Shown here piece by piece: positions 27,145-39,400 of a DNA stretch of 64,000 nucleotides. Position 1 is the first letter of the stretch. Every line of letters begins with the position of its first letter. The stretch lies in the NCBI GenBank assembly GCA_905178155.1, contig CAJINV010000003.1, forward strand, positions 2,437,065 to 2,501,064, in the 5' to 3' direction. The notes under the pieces are model-generated. The model was given only the letters and a program-made list of their open reading frames with translations. It did not search any database and was not told the DNA's origin. Position numbers and translations under genes: made by a program. The stretch is from Amoebophrya sp. A120 (taxonomy: Eukaryota; Protista; Dinoflagellata).

Positions 27145-30100
27145 ATGGAGCACAACTTGGCTGCGAAGTCTCCGCCCTTTGGGCAGGGAAGGGGCGCGGC
27201 GTGGCCACCACCGCCTCCCATGTACAAGGGAGGCGGCGCAGTTGGAATGAAGGTACTCTTGGTTCACGCCACTTTGTTAAACACTGTCTTTGCACTGCTC
27301 CTGGATGCCTTTTTCTTTGTCTCGTTTTTTTTGAAATTGTTTTTATAATAGTTAGTTTATCACAATCGAGTTTTTGTTTTCGTCTGGATGTCCGTTTTTT
27401 GTTTCTCGACGCTTGAGCCAAGTTGTGTTATGTTCTTTTTTTTGTGATGAGGCACAATAAGAAGCACGCGTTCCCTGCGCCGTCGTGGTCCTCGCGGGGT
27501 TTAATATCTCTCGAAAAAGAATGCAAAAATCTTTCCCATAATCCAGGCCGGCGGTGCAGCCGTGGGATATCACCAATACAATCCTCCGCCCTTTGGAGCA
27601 CCGGCAGGCGGTAAGTTCGGGGCAGCTGGCGGCTCCAACCCAAACATGATGCCGCTAGGCGGTAAGCCAGCATCCATGATGATGCAGCCGCCCACTCCGA
27701 CTAATGCGATGTTGCGCCAACAAGCGCCGGCGCCCAGCGGCGGAGCACCTCCGCCCCCCGGGGCGTACCACGGTATGCCTCCGGGTGCGGGTGCCCCCCC
27801 TCACCCACCCCCGCTGGTGGGGGCGTCTGCCAGCACTTTTCCCATGCAGCAACCTGGGTACGGTGGCGGCGGCGCGGTTTCTTCCACCAGTCACGTTCCC
27901 TTGCGCGGCGGGAACAAACGAGAAGGCGATCACGACCCGCAAGCCAGCCCCGCGAACCTGAAGAAGCAGTTCATTTCCCCAGCGGCCTATCATGGGGCGT
28001 ATTTTTATTTCCTCATAGATTGGTACTCTAGAAGCGAAGGTTTTCTGAGACACCTTTCGTCCAGCACGACTGTTGAGCGTGGTCATACATTGTCTGTCAT
28101 TGTGTTGAAAGGAGGTTCGATACATTAACAATTCAGCGACGGGGACCGTTCCAGCAAAGAGAGCATATGGAATGCAAAAATGTCTGGGTCTGGAAGATTG
28201 CAACTTGTCATGCAGTTTTTGGAGTCTAAAAAAATGTGTATTGCATGACCAGCAAGAGGGATACAATGTGCGCTACACGAACAGGGCATTTCTCATGCGG
28301 AAGGTGCATCAGGAAGCCCTCTAAAAGTCTGCGATGCTAGGTCATGCATTACAGGCATCATGGGTCATGAGTAATATGCATGACAAATCTTGTATTCTTG
28401 CAGACCCAGACATTTTTGCATTTGATAGAGCACCTCACACGACAACAAGCAGACGTACTCGGTGCTCGATTACTTTCCCTACTGGTGGACCGATAACCGC
28501 TTGCGGCACGAGTTTCAGAAGGACGGCTTCAACGGGGTCACCGTGCAGCACCGGCGGATGCACATTCCATTGGAGTCAATGGACAGGTTCGTCGTCTATC
28601 TTCGAAAAAAAGAGCGGGCTGCGATAGACGAGGCCGTCGAAAAGGGCATGGTCCGAGAAGAGACGCTCGGGATTGCGATCCTGCCGGAATCTTCGGAAGA
28701 GCCTCATCCACATCAGCAACAGCATCCTCACATGCAAAATCAAGTCGGTGTGAGTCCGAACCCGTTCCCCGTTTTCCCGCCGCCACCCGGTGTGCTGCCT
28801 AACAGGAGCAAGGACTGTATCTATATGCACGACTAGGGCTAGAAGATGGGTGCTATATAAATATAAATCGTTGCCTTCGCTTGTTTTTCTGTGCTATTCA
28901 TGCTCTTTCTGCTGTTGCTCGAGGTCCACCGTCTGCATTAAGAAACAAATTTATCCCAGCGCTGAGTCCCAGTCCTGACAGCTACGCAGAGTTTGGGCTC
29001 AACCTGTACTTCTTGGCGCTCGCGCAGCAGAAGCCAATGCCGGTAGCCACGATACCGATGCAGTACTTCGAGCACTTTGGGCACCCCTTTCCGCGGGAGC
29101 GGTTTCTGCACGCACCGGGGCCCCTCGAGCGCAAGATCGAGGAGCATTTCGGGAAGTTGTTTGTATTTTCGCAGGACTTCTCCGACGCACTGCTTGAGCC
29201 GGTACACGGGTACCACCCGGAGGACATTTCCATCTCTCAACTGAAGTCCCTGATCTCGCAGCACTCCGCGAACAATTACAACTACCCGGCGTATGGAACA
29301 ACCGCCTCGTCCTACGGAGGCGCCGCTGCGCCCGTCCTTTCGCAGTCAGCGGCGAAACGACGGGTTTACCTCGAGCTACCGGAAGAAATCGTGTGCCACA
29401 GTGCGCGCTCGTTGCATCGCTTGCTGTGCTACTTGCACCGTCGCCGGCGTAATATGCGGCGACGGGGTAGTACTGTGCGACAGCGAAATCGGGACAAAAA
29501 GTCCGGAGGCGCAGTGCCTGATCGGCTGATGCTGAAACCTGCAGGCAGCAAGGAGGCTAAGCCGACGCCCAGCTCGGTCCAGCCTAGTTCAAGCGACGGC
29601 GAGGACGGACCGGAGAATTTTGAAAACGATGCGCCAATCCCGGTCTCGGAGCTCGTATCAAATGCAAAAATGTCTGGGTCTTGCAACTTGTGATGCTGCG
29701 TTGGGAATAGGGAATGCTCTGTAATGCACAGCCAAGCATGAGAAATATCCGCACTTCTTTGTGTTGCGTTTTTCGCATGACAAACTGCGTTTTTGCATGA
29801 CTTGCATAAGGGTCTCTTCTTGGACACGCATCACAAAGTTTTTGTTCATCCCAGACAAGCATGAAAAATCTCGCAGTCTTCCAGACCCAGACATTTTTGC
29901 ATTTGATAGCTCGAGCCGGAATACGAAAAGTTTTTCAATATCAACTGTAAAAATGTCTGGGTCTGGAAGAGTCATGCTGTTTCTGCATGACACAGAAGGT
30001 CTGTCATGGAAGCTCTAGCATCACAGGTTTCGAGAAGCTTCCGCAATGCCGAACCCGCATGACAAATCCCCCATTTTGGTGACAGAAAGTGAGCAGCTTT

Positions 30101-31560
30101 TGCTACCTATGCATGAGAGATTTTTGTGTGTTCCGAAATGCGCATCACAAGGCGCATTCTTCCAGACCCAGACATTTTTACACTTCATATTCAAAGTGCG
30201 ACCGCAATTCCACACGTTCCCGCACACCAAATCCATCCTGCACTTTTGCATGCGGTTTCCGAAGTTGTTTCGCATCTGCACCGATGGTCTCGAGCCATGC
30301 GTCCGCGCCGGCGTCGACACCCTGTCGACACAGCGTATAGATCCTGCAACCGGCGAGAAAAAGATGGTTTTCCAGCTTCCCACAGAAGCCGAGGGAAAGT
30401 CAGAGGTTCCCAAGTCTGTGCGAAGGTTTGAGTTGGGCGCTGCAGAAAAGTTTGCTGGTATAGTAAGTACGTGTTTAGTTGCTGTTCTAGCCCAGGCGGC
30501 TCGTGAAGATTGCTATCGATGAATGAAGTTCTTCCAAACTCTTGACGAATTCATATTATACTTCTTTGCGTCTCACTCTCTCTGTTGTAGTAGTGGCAGA
30601 ACTTCTACCAGCTCTTGTTTGCATTCTTGTACTACATGATCCACCCCAGCAGCCATTACCAGTAGAAAACGCATTCTATTTTCTAAATCTTTAGGGCTTG
30701 CGCTGAATCTATGGATGTGTCAGAGTTGAAATCGACAAAGTTGAAATAATTTGTCATGCATAAAATGGATGCCAGTTGGAACCCAGTTTTCAAGTGGTGC
30801 ATGACAAATTTTGGCAGTCCCTAAATCCAGTTTGTCATGCGGTTTAGGCAAAGAAAACTGATTTTCTCATGCTACTTTAGCAGCTCGAGCTGTAACCCCA
30901 AACAGGCTTACAATCGGCCTCACTTGCCTGCTCTGCAACACACGTGCCTCGGGTCATGCATTTTATGCATTACAAATTATTTCAACTTTGACGATTTCAA
31001 ACCTGACGCTTCCATAGAATCTGATCGCCGAGGACAAGGGTGGGTCACTCGAGGACCGGTACCCGGAGTTTGAGTTCGTGGAAGAACTGGTGAATTCCCT
31101 GGGTGGCTACGCAATACAAATTTCGCGTACATGTACAAGATGCATCACAAATTTCACCAATCTGGAGCGTAAAACTTGTCATGCTAAACTGGGATCGAAG
31201 CCATGTTTTGTCGTGCAGAGACCGCATTTGTACGTGTGCGGGATATTTACTGTGGATAGTGGTGCCACGAGAAGCGTGCCGCAGTTCCGCACCATCCGCG
31301 AGTCGGTGCGCGCCGCTACCGTCGACGTCTTTGCGCGCAGCGGCGGAGGTCCTGGGCCGGGCCCGGGCGGCTACGGCTTCGGAGGGATGGGTGGAGGGGG
31401 TAACCCCGGGGGTCCCGGCTCATCTATGGGGTTCTTTCCTCCCGGGAGACCAGGCGGCTTCCCCGGGTCCGCACCTCCCAGCGCCTGGCCGGGACCCGCA
31501 GGGCCCAGCGCTAGCTCCAGCTACTGGGCGGGGGGTGCTTACCGAGGTGGGAAGTGGTGA
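27145..31560 (+). CDS. Putative RNA-binding protein (RRM-like plus LOTUS/OST-HTH-like modules, P/G-rich ends); exons 27145-27252, 27547-27968, 28137-28165, 28433-28816, 28960-29655, 29914-29938, 30195-30457, 30695-30709, 31022-31107, 31264-31560
   Basis: Four GT-AG introns and five introners, all in phase; spliced peptide IPVSELEPEYEKFFKVRPQFHTFPHTKSILHFCMRFPKLFRI is LOTUS-like. Confidence 0.75.
28166..28427. mobile_element. Introner IE4 (262 bp)
   Basis: TIR TATGGAATGCAAAAATGTCTGGGTCTGGAAGA / TCTTGCAGACCCAGACATTTTTGCATTTGATA; TSD GAGCA. Confidence 0.92.
29656..29908. mobile_element. Introner IE5 (253 bp)
   Basis: TIR TATCAAATGCAAAAATGTCTGGGTCT; TSD GCTCG. Confidence 0.95.
29939..30189. mobile_element. 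Introner IE6 (251 bp)
   Basis: TIR TATCAACTGTAAAAATGTCTGGGTCTGGAAGA / ...CATTTTTACACTTCATA; TSD TTCAA. Confidence 0.95.
30710..31016. mobile_element. Introner IE7 (307 bp, ~60-bp TIR, distinct subfamily)
   Basis: TATGGATGTGTCAGAGTTGAAATCGACAAAGTTGAAATAATTTGTCATGCATAAAATG is inverted at the right end (...GCTTCCATA); TSD GAATC. Confidence 0.92.
31108..31258. mobile_element. Introner IE8 (151 bp, degenerate, stop-free in frame)
   Basis: Degenerate TIR TACGCAATAC.../...TACTGTGGATA; flanks GTGGC/GTGGT; internal GCATCACAAA and TTGTCATGC motifs. Confidence 0.7.
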
Positions 31561-32859
31561 AGTGCGTCCTCATTACCGCTTCCGATGTGCTTCTTTTTTT
31601 TTCACTGGTCCCGTCCTCTCGTCGGCCATATCGTGATAATGAAGTGCTCAGTTTCGATTTGATGCGCTTCCGTGGTTTTGCTGAATCTACTTAGAACGAA
31701 ATCGAACTGAAGAGAAAAAAATGTATTAGTTTGCCTGGAAGTGAAGAAGTAAGTGAGGCTTTTGATGAGTTCATCCTTACCTGAAGCTTTTGCTACCTTA
31801 GACCTGAGTGGTTTCCTGTTCTGACTAGCAATGGCTTTGAAAGTTAGTCGTGTGTGCGAAGATTGCCTAGCAAAGCTAATATATAAAGCATGCAGTATGG
31901 CTGCAGACATCAGACCTCCGCTAGTTTGTAGCTAAAGGAAAGCAAAATCGTAGAAGCATGACTATCTGGCTTTGAACATAGGACAGTTGTATCCCAGGAG
32001 CCTGAATAGTGCGTCCTCGCGTCGTAGGCTTCAAACTTCCCTCTGATATTTGCAGAGCGCCCTGTATGAAATGACTTGCATTTATCTTTAACTTTCCATT
32101 GCCTGCATTCAATGGAACAAAAGCTGGTCGGTCACAATGTGCAACATTACGCAAAAAGTGCGTCAGAGGTTATGTTTCAAATCATCGTTATCGTTATCGT
32201 GCACGTTCAGTCCGCAATTTACGCCGTACAAGAAAAAGGAATACACAAAAAAAAAATCGGTCGTGCAATTTCATGTCTTATGGTGAAGTTCGGATTGACA
32301 TGCCATTTCTACCACGTCGGTTCGTGCACCATTGAAGATTTAGATCGAATCTTGAAATCATTTTGCAGACTTGATGTTGAACAACTGCTCTTTATTCGGC
32401 CCACAGGAACTTCCCTCTGTTTCTACCCATAAAAACAACTTTGCCAGAATTTATCCCGCTAGTTTTTTACTCTTCAAACTGGAACCCTTAGGAGCGTTTA
32501 CATGAAATCTTACTTTTTCTAGTTCACCCTCTTTTTCAGTTAGTGGACCTTTCAAGGTCCTGATCATGACCATGCCGGTTGTAGCTGTTGCATTTATGCG
32601 TTCATCTGTTTGTAAAAGTTAAAGTTTGATGCAACATGCCTGCCAAACATGTCGTCGTGTAATTGAATCTTGCAGCATTTCGCGAGGACGTTGATCAACG
32701 GCGGTAAACGAGACGAAGTGGCAGAAGAAAACTACGTCGATATGTTCTTCCAGGCGAAAAAGGGTTGGGTGCGCTACTTGCGATAAATAGCCTCCGGTGT
32801 CGCTTCCGATCATCGATTTACATTTAGAGTGAGGAACAGAAGCCGGACGGGTCGACAAG

Positions 32860-35521
32860 ATGCCGCTGACGGAGTTTTTTGACAAGATGGAGGAACTGCG
32901 GCGCATGCGCGCGCCACTGCTTCCGGACGAGAAAAGCAACATGGAGAAGATTTTCCTCTCCAAAGCCCGCTTGCATCCGCGCACCGGCAAGCCCGCCGTC
33001 CACAAGACAGAACTAGAGCTGCTGCGCACGGAGTTCCGACAGGAGCTCGATTTGGACAAGAGACTCCTTTTCGAGAAATATGCTGAGGTTTTGAAGCTGA
33101 ACCAAGTCGACCTGATCGAGAAGATAAAAAGCGGCGCGGGTGGTCTAGTTGATATACCTTCATCTGCTCCCGACCACGAGCGTGGATATGGCACGAAGAC
33201 AGGCGCCGATAATTACAGAATAAAAGGCGAACTCCACGACGATATAGAGGTACGGGTGCCGGAGCTGTTAGCGAACGACCGCGTCCCCGAGGACAGTGCG
33301 ACCCGGGAGATGGAAAGCATCGCACTATTCAACGCCGAACAGTTCAACAGTGCGTCATTGCTAAACAATAGTAGCAGAAACGAGGAGAGCACAACCGCGA
33401 GCGGAACGGCGCAGCTGCCGAATTATAGTAAGTTTGACGCCGCTACGACACCCGGCGCGGCCTCCGGGACAATGGCGGACCAGGACCTGAGCAACGACCA
33501 GAATAATTTTGGCGAGGAGGGACCAATATTAGGGCAAGACCACGGGGAAACAGGTGGAGGTCAAGAACTCGTCCACAAGCGACCTACGTTATCGAGGAAA
33601 TCGAGCCTGCAGATCGTGAATCCGCAGAAAGACTTGGACCACCAGATGGAAATTTCCCACCCGCAGAACACGATGGCCACGCTGCGCGAGGCCTCGATTC
33701 GGGACGCGGACGCGCTCTACGAAATGGTCTCCGATGGCCGCGTGAACGGCGTAGATTTGTTGTACGAGCTTTCCTTGCTGAAAATCAAGGAAATCAACAA
33801 GAACTGCGACCACCCCGAGGAGCGGAATTTGCTCTCCGTCGAGAGCTTCTTCGACTCCAGCGTGAATTTACTCCCCGACTGGCGGAAACGCAACGAGAAG
33901 AAGATTCAACTGTTGATGATTTCGCTCTACCTGCTCGCGTCCCCGGCCTTCTACTGCGCCTACGACCTGGAGGGGGTGTGCAAGCCACCAGAAGAGGACG
34001 GGGTGGGCGGGTCGGGGTACCTGAAGAGCATCTACTTTGTGTCCGCCACGCTGTCCACCGTCGGGTTCGGGGACGTCACGCCCGCTTCCGATGGCGCGAA
34101 AGTGTTCACCATCCTCTACATCTTCGTCGGGCTCGCGCTCATCTTGGGTGTCATCATCGACGTGTTGGCGGAGGCGCTGGAGTCCTACGGGCTGCAGCTA
34201 GAAAAGGTCGAAAAGATAAAAAGGAAAAACATGCTCAAGGAGAAACAGGTAGTATAAGATATCATTTCATCAATCTTCCGATTGAACAATGAATTAGTAC
34301 TCATGTTTGTAGTTCTTGAAAGGAGGTCTTACCTGATCGTCTTCGTGTTCTCTCACAACGACAGGAAATAAAGAGTCGTTTTTTTAAAAACATGACAGTG
34401 GTTCAGTGGTAAGGCACAGTACAACTATTGATTTGAGTATTGTTGTATGAGTTCTTACCGATGAACGATTTAGATCTACGAATCGAAACACATAACAGAA
34501 TAAGAAGAAAGGGCTGCACTCTTTCGATGCCAAGCATTCTGTGAACAACGAGCACTCGGTGCACGACCCAGTAGCAGCTCCACCATCCTCTCCGCCATTG
34601 CAGCACGACGTGGAGTCTGGCGCCAAGCCGGTGGTGGACGCGTCGGGGATCCCGACCAAGCGGGAACAGGCCATGACGGCGCGCGAGCGCGCGCTGCTGG
34701 AGAAGGAGCGGCTGGAGGAACAGATGTTTTTTCGCATCGAGAACTCGTGGGCGTCCGTGGCGTACCGGAAGTTGACGCACGTCGTTCTGGGCATATTACC
34801 GGACAGCCTCGAGCGGTGGCTGGACGCCAAGCTGATTGGCACGGGCCAGTTGGAGCGGGAGCTCTCCTTCGTGGTCTACCGCAAACTGTTCGAGACCTTT
34901 TTGATGATTGTAATCCCAGCCGTCTTCGGGGCGATCGTGGTCGGCAGCATCGAGGGGTGGAACGCCCTGGACTCTTTATACTGGGCCGTGATCGCCGTTA
35001 CCACGGTCGGGTACGGCGACAAGAGTCTGGAGAACTGGCTCAGTCGCTCGTTCTGCGTGTTTTACCTGCTGATCTCCACCGCCATGGTGTCTGCCGCGCT
35101 GGGCAACCTCGCCTCCATGCACATGTTAAAGCAAAAAAAACGGCGGGAGTTCGAGTTTGAGCAGCGGAAACTGACGCCGGAGATGATGGCGGAGATGGAC
35201 ACGGACGGGAACGGAGTCGACCAGTTCGAGTTTTGCCTCGCGACCCTGGTTGCCATGGAAAAGCTCTCCCGCGAGGACCTGCAACCCATACTGGAAAAGT
35301 TCCACGAGCTGGACCACGACAAGTCGGGCGTGCTCACCAAACAGGACCTGCTGCTCGCAGCGGAGGGCGAGGGGGACGTCGAGACCGCAGACGTGGTCAT
35401 GCTTCATCACGAACACAACGCTGCGGCAAAAGCCACAGGGATGGGCATGCAGTCCTCGCCGGGTGGAGGTCCTCGCGGACCAGGTGGCAGCAGTGGGGGT
35501 CCCGGAATGAAGATGCCATGA
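32860..35521 (+). CDS. Two-pore-domain K+ channel with C-terminal EF hands (TPK-like); intron 34249-34498
   Basis: Pore filters TVGFGD and TVGYGD, four TM helices, EF-hand loops DTDGNG and DHDKSG; start uncertain. Confidence 0.9.
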
Positions 35522-36470
35522 TCTTCACTTTTGGTAAGCTATCACGAGAAGAAGTAAGTAACCGCATTAGGCTTGTTCTCATTTCGTGATGGTATTGAAT
35601 TGACAATATTGCCATTCCAAAAGATGCACAAAGATCCCATGCTGGCCTTATAACAAACTAATGTGTACCCATGATGTTCTCTCCCTCATCAGTTCGAATT
35701 TGAAAGATATACTTCTACTTGACATTTGTTAAGTACGTACTGAGGCGAACTGCGTTTTGCTCGCAAATGCGCATTTTAGATACACGCATGGACTTTCGGT
35801 GGGGAAGCTTTTCTGTGAAAGTTATTGAGAAGGCGGACCGTAGCACCATTCCAGATGTTTTTATACATGCACTCAGCCATTTGTATAGCTTTGTGCAGAT
35901 GTTGATCTTCAGGCGTAGTAGTCGACTGCGTTCTAGTTTTTAGTTTCGATCCCCCCCACCTTTTCTACCAGTTGGTTATCAGGAGAATCTTAAACATATA
36001 GTCTGATTTCCATAAGAGCGAAGTTGCCCAGTGCAAAGAGATTCGCATCATTACATATCTTTTTCGAAAAAAAAGGAAGAGACTGCTCTTTTGCGAAGTG
36101 CAGGAGAACTATGCGGAGTCTTCGCAGCAGGCGCGGTCTAAAGTTGTTCGTTTTTTGCTTTCAGGTTTTTGCCTTGGATCTGGATCCCGCTTAGGAGGCA
36201 ACGTTTAGCTCAGATCGCTGCTTCTTTGCTGAAGATCGCAAAAACGAATCGGCCTCAGGTCAACGGTCGTTTGTTTTTTTTGTTGTTCGTGACGTGCAAC
36301 GTATTGGTATTTGCGAATTGAGTATCTCATTTCGCGGTCTTTTCTTGTCAAGAAGCCTTTACTATTCCAAAACAGCGTTGGATGAGATACAAGTTGCTCA
36401 AATATAACATTTTTTGAACGCAGTTGGTTTACATTTACCCGGAGCGCTAGTACTATCTCTGCCGAGTATC

Positions 36471-39400
36471 ATGATGTTCGTAGCGCAGGCCCGGGCCGCC
36501 TATGACTACTCGCTCCGGACTTTTCAATACTCGCAAGCGGTGTGGTACGCGGAAAGGCTGGTGGCTGAGCACGCATGCCGCGAACACAGGCACCTCCTGG
36601 CACTGGCGTACTTTCATGCGGGAGAGATCGCACAGGCCTACTACCACGCTGACAAGGCATGTTTTTCGCCAAACCACGGGTCCTCGTCGAGCTCATCATC
36701 TAAAAGTACGAGCGTGAAGATGAATCTTGTTCTCACACCGCCTTTAATACGCAAGAACTACGGGACCTGCACCATGACATTTTAACCAGTTCGTGGCGTG
36801 TGCGTGTCATTCTGCAGCCGCTAGTATGGCTGCAAAAGGATTGATTTATAGTCATCCTTCGCAAGAAATTTGTATGCCTTTCGTGCATTTATTTCATGAG
36901 TCCATTAGATTTTATTTCTCGGCCGGGAGGCCCACCCTCCAGTGTGCAGCAGAGAAGGTTTTTCACGTTCATTCCATGGGCGGCGGACCTGGAGGAGGAG
37001 TCCCGCTTCCTGCTGGCGAAGTGTAGCTTTCTGCTCGGGAAATGGGACGAAGCTGTGGACGCGCTCTTTCTGGAGGATGAGGAGGAGTTTGATGCAAATA
37101 ACGCACAGGGCCACCTGAACTACAGTGCCCGGCCGGTCAACGGGCCCGCCGGATGGAACCTGCTCGGACAAATCCGGGAGCGCCTCGGCACCCCCGAAGC
37201 GGCTATGGAAGCCTACGCCCGGTGCGTGGAAGAGGCCCCGTGGATGTTTGACGCGGTGCAGAGGCTCGCCTACCTTGCCTGTTCCACTTTTCCCGCGGTC
37301 TTCGCGCGCGCCCTGCGGAGCGAGCAGAACTTCGAAGAGTCGCTGGCCCGGGCCGAGCCGGGGCTTCTGTCTGCGTCCACCTCGTCCCGTGCAGGAAAGC
37401 AGCAGCCGTCGTCCTCGTCGTCGAGATCGTCGTTCTCCCTCTTCTCCCTGGTTCAAATCGCAGGAGAAGCGGTGCACGCCGCGTGCAGCTTCGATCCGCA
37501 GCGCACCCTGCAGGTGCTGCAACACCTGCCGCCGGAACACGCCGAGACCGCGTTTGCGGTGGAGCTGGTGGCAAAAGCGTTCTTCGAGCAAGCCGACTAC
37601 CGCCGGGCGGAGAGCCTGTACCGCCGGGTGTGGAACACGCTGGATCCGCGGCGCATCGAGGGTCTCGAGCGGTACAGCACCTGCTTGTGGCACTTGCGCA
37701 AGGAGCTGGAGTGCGCGCACCTGGCGCACGAGTGTCTCTCGTGGGGGGTGCGGCGGAAGCCGCAAATCTGGTGCGTCGTCGGCAACTATCAAGTGTAAAA
37801 ATGTCTGGGTCTGGAAGATTGCCAGGTTTGTCATGCACATTTTGCATGACTCCTGATGTCTGTGATGCATGCCCTAGCATCACAGATTTTGTGACGGCTT
37901 CCTGATGCCTATACCGCATGACAAATGCTCTTTCCGTGTAGCAAAACTTGGACTCTCTTTGCTGCTCATGCAATACAGATTTTTTTAGAATCCAAAATCA
38001 GCATGACAAGTTGCATTCTTCCAGAGCCAGACATTTTTACAGTTGATAGCAACGCGTGCTCGCAGCAACGCGAGCACGGCATGGCATTGAAATTCTTCAA
38101 GCGCGCCATTATCAAATGTAAAAATGTCTGGGTCTGGAAGAATGCAACTTGTCATGCTAAATCTGAAGCATGCAAAAATCTGTGTTGCATGATTACCAAA
38201 AGTCGTCCAGTTTTGACCAAGTCGCGAGGGGGTTTCTCATGCAGGATAGGCATGAGAGAGATCGCACAAAATCTGTCATGCTAGGCCCTGCATTCCAGAC
38301 CTCGTGGGTCATGAGAAAGCTGCATGACAAATCGCGCATTCGCTCGTGCCCTTAGCTCAGCAGCGGATCCTCTCGGGTTGTGGCCTTTCCTCAGAGGTGG
38401 GGTTGGGCTTGGGGCGCCAGGCGAATGGGCGGCTTCGCAGCTACGTTGTGATCGACAAACTGAGATCGACGGTAATAGTTGCGTTGCTGGTCCTGTGCCA
38501 GTCGCGGGGCATGTTCGGGTGTTCCGGGCTGTGCTTTGTGCACCCCTCGGACCCCGCACCCCCCCGGGCTCGGTAGCGCAGTCTGTTAAGCATGACAAAT
38601 CGCGCATTCTTCCAGACCCAGACATTTTTACATTTGATAGCCATCCAGGCCGACCCATACTTCTCCTACGCCTACACGCTGTGCGGGCATGAGTATTGCG
38701 TATGTTATCCTGTTTTTGTCCTGGTTTTCGTTTTCTCCTGGAAGCGACGATAATTGTGATGAAGCTGCTGATGCACATTTGGAAATGCGAGCCACAGATC
38801 ATGCCGTTGGATTAATCTGCTATAATTTGCACCTACGAAAAAGAAGATACGATAGAAGAACTGATTTAAAAGGTACGTCGCCAACGAGAAGTACGACAAA
38901 GCAGTTCCGATGTATGAGAAAGCCTTGTCGATTGACCCCCGGCATTACAATGCCTGGTGGGCGCTGGGAAACGTCTACTACCGCCAGGAGGAGTACGAAA
39001 ACGCTCGGTACCACTTTCTCCAAGCGCTGGATATCAATCGGAGCAACTCCGTGCTGCGCTGCTATTTGGGGATGGTCATGGAATCCCTGCACCAGCCTGC
39101 TATGGCACTAGAGTATTGATGTCATTCTTTTTGATTATGTCAGAACCAGTTTCAGTTGTTCAGCAACATGTTTGATGGAGGTCCCTTTTTCGTGAGCCTT
39201 ATTCGCCATTTCCAAAAAAATGTGGCTGTGCTACAAGATCAAGATCAGGTGGTTTTTTTACCGTCTGGATTTTTTCGAATCAATTAGATCTGTGTCTTCT
39301 GCAATCGTTTGCAAGGTATTTCGAGCATGCGTGCGCGGGGCCGAACGGGGGACAGGGTACCAGCGGGTCGGGTATCGGTATGCACGATGCGCAGGAGCAC

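Noticed and set aside
28171-30189. CRISPR-like array suggested by repeated ~30-bp sequences
   Set aside because: The repeats are inverted pairs about 200 bp apart inside eukaryotic genes; no regular spacers and no cas genes.
36700-36980. First CDC27 intron as a decayed introner (GAGCGTGAAGA / TTTTCACGTTC)
   Set aside because: The inverted match is short and no 5-bp TSD could be found.
36905-37870. Long minus-strand ORFs (also 53958-54890, 23789-24565, 61662-62561 and others)
   Set aside because: Antisense shadows of GC-rich + strand genes with no recognisable domains.
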